Assembly (NCBI RefSeq): GCF_009914755.1
Contig: NC_060927.1
Source: the human T2T-CHM13v2.0 reference genome, Homo sapiens
DNA length: 64,000 nt
Reading direction: 5' to 3' (one strand)
The notes under the pieces are model-generated. The model saw only the letters and a program-made list of their open reading frames with translations. It had not been told where the DNA came from and did not search any database. Positions 18,234 to 38,194 of this stretch are shown here, piece by piece (position 1 is the first letter of the stretch; the number at the start of each line of letters is the position of its first letter). Position numbers and translations under genes: made by a program.

Positions 18234-19370
18234 TTTTTTTTTTTTTTTTTTTTTTGAGACAGAGTCTCGCTCTGTCGCCGCCAGGCTGGAATGAGGGAGT
18301 GAGTGCAGCGGCGCGATGTCAGCTCACTACAACCTCCGGCTCCTGGGTTCAAGGGACTCTTCTGCCTCAGCTTCCCTAGTAGCTGGGACTACAGGGGCAC
18401 ACCACTACATCCGGCTAATTTTTGTATTTTTAGTAGAGACGGGGTTACACAGTGTTGGCCAGGATGGTCTCGATCTCCTGACCTCATGATCCACCCGCCT
18501 TGGCCTCCCAAAGTGCTGGGACTACAGGCGTGAGCCACCGTGCCTGGCCTGTGTTCGTCTTTAACATTGTTTACGTTGAAGATGCATTGGTTTTTGCTTA
18601 TTCTTAAAGAAAAGATTCAGGATTGTGAATTTGTGACTGCAGCTTTAGGCGTATCCCAAGGTTTTCAGTACTAGTTTAGTTTTTGTTGTTTTTGTTTCTA
18701 ATTATCCTTTTGGCATTTCCTTATCAATATAAGACTTTTTAAAATTCAAGTGTTTTGATTCATTTTATCCAATTTTTGGTTACTAATTTCTTGGTTTCTT
18801 TGTGTTGTGGTCACATCATGTGGCTTTTACACACATTTTCTCTGTTTTGGGGATTTGCTTACTTTTTTTTGTAGTCGTGCAAGATTTTTTGTGAAAAGAA
18901 AAACTGTATCAAGTTCATCACCTTTATCAATTTGACCTGTGCCGTGAACTTCTTTAGATTCATTTGATTCAAATGGATCTAAGTATTTTAAACATTTAGA
19001 ATACTAATTTAAGCAAGGCTTGAAAATTAAATGGAGTAAAAGCAATAAAAAAAATCAATATTAGCCTGGGCATTGGTGGCTCATGCCAGTAATGCCAGTA
19101 CTTTGGGATGCCAAAGCAGGAAGATCTCTTGAGCTTAGGAGATTGAGATCAGGTTGGGCAAAAACATGAAAAGACTAAATCACATCTCTAGCAGGAAAAA
19201 AAAAAATCCAGATATGATAGCTCATGACTATAGTCACAGCTACCCCAGAGGCTGAGGTAGAAGGCCAAGAAGTTTGAGGCTGTGGTGATGGTGAGCTATG
19301 GAGGTACCACTGTGCTCCAACCTGTGTGACAGAGTGAGACTCTCTTTTCTTTCAAAAAAAAGGAAGAAAG
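18234..19370. mobile_element. Alu (-) 18234-18549 and diverged AluJ (+) 19064-19370
   Basis: Alu consensus. Confidence 0.9.
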
Positions 19371-19867
19371 GAAAATCAATGTTAGTCTGTCAATACATTT
19401 TCTTATTGTTTTAAAACTGTATTTGGAAAGTTTCAAAATGCATTTGGACTGCATTGTTCTAAAGGCAAGTTAGAAATCCAAATATCTTTTGCACAGTTAT
19501 TTCACCATTAATTCTTACTAGTTTTGGTTGTATGATGGGAGATAGACGTATAAAAATAACTTATTTAAAATGTCAGTGGATTTTTTTGTAATGGACATTC
19601 CTGGATGATAGGTGAAATTTGAACATGAACTGTTTGTTAGATAATAGTATTGTCTCAATGGTAAATATTCTGAATACAATTGTTTTGTGATTGTGCAAAT
19701 GTTTTCTTTCTTAGAAGACAAGTATTGATGTGTTAGGTAACAAGCTTGTGATGTAGTAATGACCTGTCAAAATGTTCAGGAAGGAAAATAATACATAAGT
19801 ATATATAAAAATATATGCCTCTCTTTATATATATGGGGGTCATACATTTTATATATTCATTGCAAGA

Positions 19868-19968
19868 CATGTATTATATATATTATATATATTTATTATA
19901 TATTATATATTATATAATACATATATAAATATTATATATAATGTTATATATAAATATTATATATATAT
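19868..19968. repeat. AT-rich (TATTA/TA)n quasi-palindromic low-complexity tract
   Basis: About 100 bp of almost pure A/T with inverted symmetry. Confidence 0.85.
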
Positions 19969-21499
19969 GCCCTCACACAGGAGAGAGAGTATCGAGCGCG
20001 AGTATGGAGGGAGGGGAGAAGTAAACAAAAGGGGCTGAATGTTAATATTTGATATATCTAGATGAAAGGTCTATTTCTTGCACTTTCTATTGAAAGTATA
20101 TCAAAATAAGTTGGCAGTGATGAGTAGCATGTTAGGTGTTTGTAGGGTCTGTTTTCAAGGGAAATTGACAAGTTTGTTGGTTTTATGTTTTAATTACATA
20201 TATAAATTTATATTATTAATGTATGATTAGAGTTCCTGATAAAATAAATCTGGGAACTGCTGCATATTATATATGTTCCCCATAGAGATTAATTAGCATA
20301 TTAGTGTAGTAAGGATGCTGAGAAATAACTTAGAAGGGGAACTTTATTTAAATTAACACTTCCCATACTTATTTGGAGTAAAATGTTCTTTTTTCAAGGT
20401 ACCTCTTAAATATCCTACAGATCAGTGGGAACACCAATGTGGGATTACTTTTTAATTGATTATTTTCTTCTCTATACTTACTCATCATTATATATTTTTG
20501 AATCAGACAGTAACTTATATTGCCTAATAACTTTTGGAGATCTTTTCTGTCTCGTCTAGCTCTAACACTGTGCTGTTATCTACAAATTTGGATCTTCATT
20601 GCTGATATCTAGATCTGCTTCATCGAGGAATATAGACTTTATTTTAATCTTTTTCCTTTTAAAAATATTTTTGTTTTTATAATTTTGCAGAAGTTAATTT
20701 GACACATTTATGAGGCATTTATTTAAAATAAAGTCAATGCATTATTTTAGTTATTAAAAAATAAGTAGTTTACAAATGTTCACTATTATGTAATTATTGG
20801 TGATTTTAAAGAAGAAAACATCCGGGTATGTTTTATCTTTAGGTGTGTACAGAACAGGAATGCTATAACTTCCTACATTAATTTTTTCAAAATCAGTGAA
20901 AATAAGTGATGCATAAATGAGCTTCACCATGGGAAAAAATGAAGCTAGGCAATGCAAGAAAGTAATGGCTTCAGAGTTAAATATTGACTAAATTAATTAC
21001 CCTCATGTGCTCTATAGCTAAATAATCTGTTTTGTTTTCTCTACCTCAAACGAAATGCTGAAGAGGGGAGCTAAAATGGCAGTAGAGATTATAGTCTTTC
21101 TGAGTGCTCAAATAATTTCAGAGACATGAAGGCTAAGCATAGGTCGTAAATAGGACATTGAATGCACGTGTAGCATCCTGATGATTTCAGGATAAGAAAT
21201 GTAGCACTAGAGTATTAAGTAAATGCCTTTTGAAGCCTAAAAGCCATTTATTAAAGGAAGGATAGTAATGAACTTCAGGAAGCAATTACCACAATTTGTA
21301 TTAGCTAAATATATAGAGGTTCGAGAAGATGAATTCATTGGAGTATCAGAGAATTAATATATCCCTAATTTTTAAAAAATTTATCATAGAAAATAAACAT
21401 GTCTCTTATAAAACATCTATAGTACTTACTGTGCTATATTTCAGTGCAGAATTTGACTTTCTGTGAAGTAAAAATGAAATAAGACAAATTGTAATATAA

Positions 21500-22140
<641 letters not shown>

Positions 22141-22143
<3 letters not shown>

Positions 22144-22255
22144 TATATATATAACATATATAACATATATATGTAATATATATATAACATATATAACATA
22201 TATATGTAATATATATATAACATATATAACATATATATGTAATATATATATATAA
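22141..22255. repeat. 33-bp AT-rich minisatellite (about 3.4 copies) grown from an Alu tail
   Basis: aatatatatataacatatataacatatatatgt x3; gives the 11-aa periodicity in the ORF track. Confidence 0.9.
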
Positions 22256-23059
22256 GATAACAAGTATTCTATATATTGAAAATTGAAACAAATGTGAAAT
22301 GTATCCATTGATAAATGTGATGCATTGTGACGTATTTTTTATTTAAATAAACACTGGTTATAAAACACTGATTTATAACAACTATTTTAAATGGGTTGTT
22401 AGCTTGAAGATAAATGAGATAGGGCATGATTCAGGTTTCTGTGTACACACTATATTCTAATGAAAGTAATTACAATTATCTTCTAAACAGCTGCAGATAT
22501 TTTTTCTATAAACAATTTTAGATGTTACATTGTTAAATGTTAGCTTTCAAATTCTTCACATTTTAACTCAATGAAGTCCTTTTTAGCAAACTTACAGGAA
22601 TCATTGTATCATTCAGCTATTAAATAAGGAATTGTTCTAATTCACATCTTAATTAAGAACTTTACTAGGTTATATCTTTTGCAAGTATGAGAATAATCTA
22701 GATAGAAGGACTAGAATTGGATTAAAGGTGATCCAGATAAAAATAGTAATTCTAATGAGGAAATTTTTTAACATTGAAAATAGTACCCTGTTTATTTTTT
22801 TTAATGTTAGAGTCAAACCATTGCACATTACTGTGTAAAAATACACAAAGATGGTAACTTGCTGCTAAAGCCCTTTTTACTTTTGAATCTTTGTATTTTT
22901 TTCACCTTTGTAATTTTAAGTTGTGCTTTTATCACTCATTTGTTTTCTATCTTTATTTCTGTTTGGGTTAAAGTTACAAACAGCAAGTTTTTGTGTTTAA
23001 ATTCCTGAAAATGTTGCGATGGAATTACAGTAATGTGTTACGGCTTGGGCCCCTCGCAG

Positions 23060-23181
23060 GAGTGTATCTCGCAGTCAGCAGTGAAAACAAAGTTCGAACA
23101 GCACACTATCAGAGCTAAACAGATACTAGCTACTGTGAAAAACATAATGGATTCAGTAAACCTGGCAGCTGAAGATAAAAG
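23060..23181 (+). CDS. MFN1: Mitofusin-1 exon 10
   Basis: cgcag|GAG...AG|gtatg; [40 protein letters not shown](R). Confidence 0.98.
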
Positions 23182-24352
23182 GTATGAGTTCATTTTGTTG
23201 CAACATAAAAATGTTAGTTTTTTTGTCAGACTTTTGTTAAGATGAGGTTTTAAATTGTTGTACTATAAATACTTTTTACACTGAAATCAACCTTGTGGGT
23301 TTAACTGATGCCTACTTCTATATTTTTAAGTGCGTATTTGAAAGTGTCGATATTTATTCTGCAACCTTGCACACATCATTTATATCCCCTGGACCTCACT
23401 ATTCCTGTGTATGAATTGTGATTTTTAAAATGTTTTGTGGCTTTAAAATATCTTTGAAGCAGTGGAAGAACCATTTCTTCAAGCAGATTTTTATGAAGAA
23501 GTCCAAAACAGGTGATCCTCTTTCTGCATTCAACCCACGACCCATTTTTTAATATGGTCATACATTGGTATTTTGAAATCACTATTTTATACTAGTTGTG
23601 TTTGTTTATTGCCTGGTGAACAAACAAGGCGATGCTACCTGCCAACCAGAAAGTTGATTTGGTAAGCAGTACCCTTTATGTTATACTGTACGGCATTATT
23701 TTATACTATTTGTTACCTTGTAAAGGTGGCAATGAATACATGAAAATACCAGCATTATCGATACAAAGTATAATTTTCACAAACTTGGTATGCTTGAAAC
23801 ACAGATCGGGATGTTATTAGATGTGACAAAAGTAATGATGTTAAGCCTCGATAGGACCTTCAGTGGACTTAAGCCAGTTGAAGGAAACATAAACGCATCA
23901 AAGCTTAAGTCCAAGATGACATAACATTGGAATTTTAAATGTATTTGCTCTTTCAGGGAACAAAGACCCCTTCATGTCCCTGTCTGTTGCTTTATAATGG
24001 TACTTTCTTAGGAATGAATTAAGTTCAAATGCAGAGAATTGCCAGCATATAAAACGCAAGGATCAGAACCCTGAGTTTGAACTCAGCCCCTGTGTACAGC
24101 CTCCGTGTGGCCTCTGTTTAATTAGATCGTGCTGCTATAGCAGTTCCTTCTAGCTCAGTTGCTTTGATGTAGTACCCAAATTTTGGCCTAAAAGTGATTT
24201 AATTAGTAATAATTTTTAAAGATATAGGATGTTGAACAAAGTATAGCACAAAGAAGATGTGATTTGAGGATTGTATAATCATAATGTCCTGGGAACTTCT
24301 TAAGTAAAAGATCTTCTTAAATGGATCTCAGGTCTTTATTTTCCTGTATCAG

Positions 24353-24579
24353 CCAGAGTTGAACAAACTTTTGTTTAAAAAAAGAGCCAGATAGTAAATA
24401 TTCTAGGCTTTATGGGCCATAAAGTCTCTTGGAGCTACTCATTTCTACAGTTTTAGAGCAAAAGCAGCCATAGATAGATAATAGGTAAATGAATGGGTGT
24501 GGCTGTGTTTCAAGAAAACTTTAACAAAAGCTGGCAGCTGGCTAGATTTGGCTTGTAAGGTGCTATATGCTGACCCCTG
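24353..24579. mobile_element. MER58A hAT-Charlie MITE
   Basis: gccagatagtaaatatt...aaagcagccataga...gacccctg. Confidence 0.8.
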
Positions 24580-24881
24580 CTTATTAACTAAAGTCAGTAT
24601 TGCATTCTGTTTTGCCTGTTCATATCTATGAAGACTTAGAATTCTTATTCATCCTTTCTGGGATTCAGGTGCCACATGGGCAGAGAAACGTGGTTTCTAT
24701 CAAATCATCTATATAAAATACTTTATAAGTGAAATATTACTTGAATCCTTTGAGATGTTACAAGTTTTTTTTTTCCTTGAGTCATGCTAATAGATGGTTC
24801 AATACATGAATGAGTCCCTTGCTGAAATGCTTTAGGACTTCAGACTACCCTGAACGTTGATTACTCTTTATACTGAAATAG

Positions 24882-25008
24882 GCATTATTCAGTGGAAGAG
24901 AGGGAAGACCAAATTGATAGACTGGACTTTATTCGAAACCAGATGAACCTTTTAACACTGGATGTTAAGAAAAAAATCAAGGAGGTTACCGAGGAGGTGG
25001 CAAACAAA
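24882..25008 (+). CDS. MFN1: Mitofusin-1 exon 11 (HR1 coiled coil)
   Basis: aatag|G...AAA|gtggg; [42 protein letters not shown]. Confidence 0.97.
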
Positions 25009-25183
25009 GTGGGTAACAGTAGCTTCATGATTAAAATAACCTGGATGGAAATTATTTTTGATAATGCTAAAAATGTTATTCCTGTTACTTTAAAAGAATG
25101 TTTTCAGATTTTTCAATTTAATTTTTTTGAATAATTGATAATCTTGTTTAATTATTTTAACTCCAAAATTTTCATATTTTCAG

Positions 25184-25288
25184 GTTTCATGTGCAATGAC
25201 AGATGAAATTTGTCGACTGTCTGTTTTGGTTGATGAATTTTGTTCAGAGTTTCATCCTAATCCAGATGTATTAAAAATATATAAAAGT
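25184..25288 (+). CDS. MFN1: Mitofusin-1 exon 12
   Basis: ttcag|GTT...AGT|gtaag; [35 protein letters not shown]. Confidence 0.98.
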
Positions 25289-25490
25289 GTAAGTTAAAGT
25301 ATAGATAAAATTATTCAGAGACAGTTTCTTATTATTCTATACCCTCATTTATTTCATGGTTTGGCATTTCAGTGTATCAGTACAAAATGAAACTGTTAGA
25401 TCTCTTGTGCCCTCTTGTAATAAATGTAAACTGTCTTGTATAAAAAGTAAATAGAAAATTTATACTTAGAATGAGATAAAGATCATTTTA

Positions 25491-26073
<583 letters not shown>

Positions 26074-26180
26074 GTCAAATTAAAAAGACCATTTTGGCAT
26101 TTACTGAATATTTTATGTCTTTATAAAAACTACATACTTTCTGGAGAAAAAATAATATGGATATTTACCATTGTTAACAG

Positions 26181-26283
26181 GAATTAAATAAGCACATAGA
26201 GGATGGTATGGGAAGAAATTTGGCTGATCGATGCACCGATGAAGTAAACGCCTTAGTGCTTCAGACCCAGCAAGAAATTATTG
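26181..26283 (+). CDS. MFN1: Mitofusin-1 exon 13
   Basis: aacag|GAA...ATT G|gtaat; [34 protein letters not shown]. Confidence 0.98.
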
Positions 26284-26424
26284 GTAATATTTATGTCTAC
26301 AAGGTCATGTCTGGTTTGTTTTTTCATTCATGACTGGTGAAGAGCTTATTTTCCTTTAGGCATTCCATTGAAGGTAAAACATTTACCATTCTTATCTTAA
26401 GTGTTGTAATTTTGTTCTTTCTAG

Positions 26425-26654
26425 AAAATTTGAAGCCATTACTTCCAGCTGGTATACAGGATAAACTACATACACTGATCCCTTGCAAGAAATTTGATCT
26501 CAGTTATAATCTAAATTACCACAAGTTATGTTCAGATTTTCAAGAGGATATTGTATTTCGTTTTTCCCTGGGCTGGTCTTCCCTTGTACATCGATTTTTG
26601 GGCCCTAGAAATGCTCAAAGGGTGCTCCTAGGATTATCAGAGCCTATCTTTCAG
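26425..26654 (+). CDS. MFN1: Mitofusin-1 exon 14
   Basis: tctag|AA...CAG|gtatg; [76 protein letters not shown]. Confidence 0.98.
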
Positions 26655-26796
26655 GTATGTATCTTTGAATCTACCAATTAAGACTCTCCTTTATTATTTT
26701 GTTTATGTGGTTTTTCTATAATAAAACTAGCTTTACAAAATCTGCACATTTAAAAGCTAGTATCTATCTCTTAGAGCCATTTCTGAGGTAGATATT

Positions 26797-29765
<2,969 letters not shown>

Positions 29766-29895
29766 TAGTATGCTTAAGGGAAAGCTTATCCTAAAGCTTT
29801 CGTCCAATACTGTTGCAGGTGGTGCTACATTCATTTTTGAAACATTTCTGTTTTCTTAAAAGATTTGGTTTTCACATTTCAAATAAACTAGCATA

Positions 29896-31692
<1,797 letters not shown>

Positions 31693-31739
31693 AAAAGAAA
31701 AACTTTAAAAAATTTATCAATTCAGTAATTTTTTAGGAA

Positions 31740-33154
<1,415 letters not shown>

Positions 33155-33408
33155 TGAGAGTTGAGGGCCTACTGTTACATTTAGACCCCATTGTATATTA
33201 TGAAAATTTATTGTTCATGATATCATTGGTCCATATTGTAGATAAGAATTTCCAAATTATTTTTATTTTCTACATATATTTGTGGTGTACTCATCATTTA
33301 GGGTAATTTTTCCCTCATAGATGTGCTACTATAATTTTAGAGTTTTATAAAGATAACTTTATAGTTGTTTAAGTGTAATCTTTTTTCCTTTCTCTTTTTT
33401 TTTGGCAG

Positions 33409-33561
33409 CTCCCTAGATCTTTAGCTTCTACTCCCACTGCTCCTACCACTCCAGCAACGCCAGATAATGCATCACAGGAAGAACTCATGATTACATTAGT
33501 AACAGGATTGGCGTCCGTTACATCTAGAACTTCTATGGGCATCATTATTGTTGGAGGAGTG
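33409..33561 (+). CDS. MFN1: Mitofusin-1 exon 15 (Pro/Thr linker, start of TM region)
   Basis: ggcag|CTC...GTG|gtaag; [51 protein letters not shown]. Confidence 0.98.
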
Positions 33562-34272
33562 GTAAGAAACATTACTTTTAGTATAATTAAAATCGAAATG
33601 TTTGCAAGGCTGCCTGTTAGCTCACAAAAGAAAAGGTATACAGTATTTACTTCTATTTATAGGATCTGTAAAATAGTATGAAAATTTGCAGGTTAAAAGT
33701 AGTGAATTAAATATCACAAGTTTCATCTTAAATTTTTAAAAAACATACATCTTTAGGAATGAACTATCACCACCTAGCTGGTCTTTAATACTTCCTAAGC
33801 ATTTTCACATCACAGCACACAAAGAAATATTTGTACGTTGAGGTAATAAGAAAACCCCAGGTGCCCTATCTAGCCTTCTCTGAATATCAAGGGGATCTGT
33901 CTTAAGTATTAAATGTTATTTTTAGTAGTAGTTCTTATTTGTTTCTTTAAAAAATGTATATCATTAACAGCATGGATATGCTTGTTTTGGTTTTTGAAAG
34001 GTCTGACCTACAATATTTAACATTGTTTTATTTTTGAGATACATTGAATCAGGATAAGTCTGGCAGCTTATAAAGCTCTCCCTCATTTGTGTGCTGATCC
34101 CTTTTAAGCCTGATTGATTTCTGGTAACTTCAGGTTTTCTCATGGAGAAGGAATATACATTTTTAGAAAATGTATCTAACTCAAAGATCCATAGGGAACT
34201 AAAATGCTTTTAAATGTACTCTCCAAAGTGGTGTTTTTCCTTCTCAGACTAAGCTATGACTTTATCTTACAG

Positions 34273-34469
34273 ATTTGGAAAACTATAGGCTGGAAACTCC
34301 TATCTGTTTCATTAACTATGTATGGAGCTTTGTATCTTTATGAAAGACTGAGCTGGACCACCCATGCCAAGGAGCGAGCCTTTAAACAGCAGTTTGTAAA
34401 CTATGCAACTGAAAAACTGAGGATGATTGTTAGCTCCACGAGTGCAAACTGCAGTCACCAAGTAAAACA
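34273..34469 (+). CDS. MFN1: Mitofusin-1 exon 16 (TM region)
   Basis: tacag|ATT...CA|gtaag; [65 protein letters not shown](Q). Confidence 0.98.
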
Positions 34470-34761
34470 GTAAGTTGGAAGGTGCATCTTTCCTTTAAAA
34501 AAAAGTTACTGAAATATGACATACATGCAGAAAAAGCACAAAATAAGTGTATTGCTCAAAGAATTATCACAAAATGAACATGTTTCGTGATGGCCATAAA
34601 TGAGAAAAAATAGAACAATACTAAACCTCACTGCTGCCCTTTCTCCCTCCTAATCACTATTCTTCTTTCCATTCTCCTGATAGATTAGGTTTGAACATTA
34701 GAAAATTGGTAGATAGGAACTCTCAAGAACTCTGGAGGGGTTTAAAAAGATAGTTCTTAAT

Positions 34762-36061
<1,300 letters not shown>

Positions 36062-37842
36062 TGAATAGAGGTAGCCTGGCCAAGCAGTCTAAGAAAGCTG
36101 AATGAATTCTTAGCATTTAACAAATGAACTTAATGGTAGGTAGACTCCTGATTTCATGGTGAATGTAATGTATATTTGCTCTCGCAGTTCAAATGTATAC
36201 GTTAAATGCTATTTTATTTTTAGATCTCAGGAGAATTTTATTATAACATATACCTAAGTCCACCCGGTTTCTGCTTTTATACAACTTAAATATTTGTTTC
36301 ATTCATGTGGTAAAAATATATAGAACTCCAGTCAAGTCAGGGTACAATATTCTGTATTTGGATGCCTCTGAGAGCAGAATTTAAAAATTCTTTGAGTTCA
36401 AGATAACTTCAGTTTAATGGAAGAAACTAACATTTACATAATTATAATACAAAGTGAGAGTGATAAGAAATATAAGAGAAAGAGAAACCATTATCATAAG
36501 GCAAGGCTGTACAAGTTACTTAAATCATGAAGGATAGTAGATCAATAAAGGTTTCCTAGGGGAGATGTGTAGCATATGAGATTTGAACATGCTGTATCGG
36601 AAGATCAGATGGAGACAACAACCCAAATCAAAAACAAGAAGGTAAGGGGAAAAGACTGCATTCAAAGACATGAAGAGAAATATTCAATGTGGCACATGTG
36701 TATCTAAGCTGTGTACATACATTCAGGTGTAGACTTCATAGCAGGATGTGGCCTTGTCTGTATGTGTAGATTGGGGTTTGGATAATTAGGAATTCCGAGA
36801 GTGATGTCAACACTTAGTTCTAGAACAGATAACTTTGCAGTAGTATTTGAAATTGTTTAGACTCAAGAGACAGGAATTGCAGGAACGGTAAACTGTTGCA
36901 GATACAAAATCAAAGTCTGAACTAACAGTTAATAATTGTAGAGAATGGTTACCAGGAGACTGCAAATTTGAGGAATTTGTTCATTTATTCATTCATTCAT
37001 TGACCAAGTTTTTTGAGCCTCTATTTTATCTGATAGTTTTAATTTATATTAAGGATGAGTTTTCATCTAGTTAAGATACTTGGACATCCAAAGAATCAGC
37101 TGAAATTCATATAAATAAAAACAAAGTTAATGTAGCTTTCCCTGCATTGATTATCAAACATTTATTAATTGCCTCCCACGCAGCAGTTCATGCTAGGGGT
37201 TATGGGAAATAAAAACTCGACTTGATCCTCTTTCTTAGAAGACTTTGCACATTAATGGAGGCAACCTCAAATAATTTCTCAGTTAAAATAAACTAAGTAA
37301 ATATTTAATATTTAACAAAATATTAAAAGAATGACACATGCTTCATCTGTCTGAGATTTGGTGGAATGGGAAGAGGTATGCTCCCATTTAAAAATATAAT
37401 GTTTGCCAAAGTTAATATATGAATTAGCCCTCAAATATAACCCTTTGATTCTAGAAATATTGTTAAATTTTGCTATAAAGTATTTTTGCCTATGTCACAA
37501 AAGTGCATGGAATTTTTTTTCTGTTCTTGATAATTTCTTACTTTGCGCAGGGCCCCAAGCATGAGTAAAGTTTATTGTGCTTCTGAAGAAACACACCCAT
37601 CTTTTGTCTTTATGTAGCTTATTCATGTTCACAGCCATATAGCAGAGGTAATATCGTCTCTTGAGCCAGGATAAAATGCAGCCCACTAGTGCCATATCTT
37701 CCCTCTTATCATTCTTAGTGTTCTGATTCCCTATAGTTTAGAAGTTTTTTAAAACTTGTGTTCTTCTTTTTATGTGAGCTTTAAATTAAAGCTTATTCAT
37801 TTTTGAAGACATTTATGACTGCTTCTAAATTTTTATTTTAAG

Positions 37843-37977
37843 ACAAATAGCTACCACTTTTGCTCGCCTGTGCCAACAAGTTGATATTACTCAAAAACAG
37901 CTGGAAGAAGAAATTGCTAGATTACCCAAAGAAATAGATCAGTTGGAGAAAATACAAAACAATTCAAAGCTCTTAAG
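37843..37977 (+). CDS. MFN1: Mitofusin-1 exon 17 (HR2)
   Basis: ttaag|A...AG|gtatt; [44 protein letters not shown](R). Confidence 0.98.
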
Positions 37978-38082
37978 GTATTTAAACCTTTCTTCTCAAT
38001 AATTTGAACATTTACTGGTCTCATTACAAAATATGTAAAATTATTAATGAATTTGTATTCATTCCTAATAGCTTTTTGTGTT

Positions 38083-38194
38083 GGTTTAAATGAAAATCTT
38101 CCATATTTAATTCCATGTGGTTTGCAGTTTCACCGAAGGTTTAAATGAAAATCTTCCATATTTAATTCCATGTGGTTTGCAGTTTCACTGAAGG
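38083..38194. repeat. 55-bp tandem duplication (one mismatch)
   Basis: ggtttaaatgaaaatcttccatatttaattccatgtggtttgcagtttcacYgaa x2. Confidence 0.95.
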
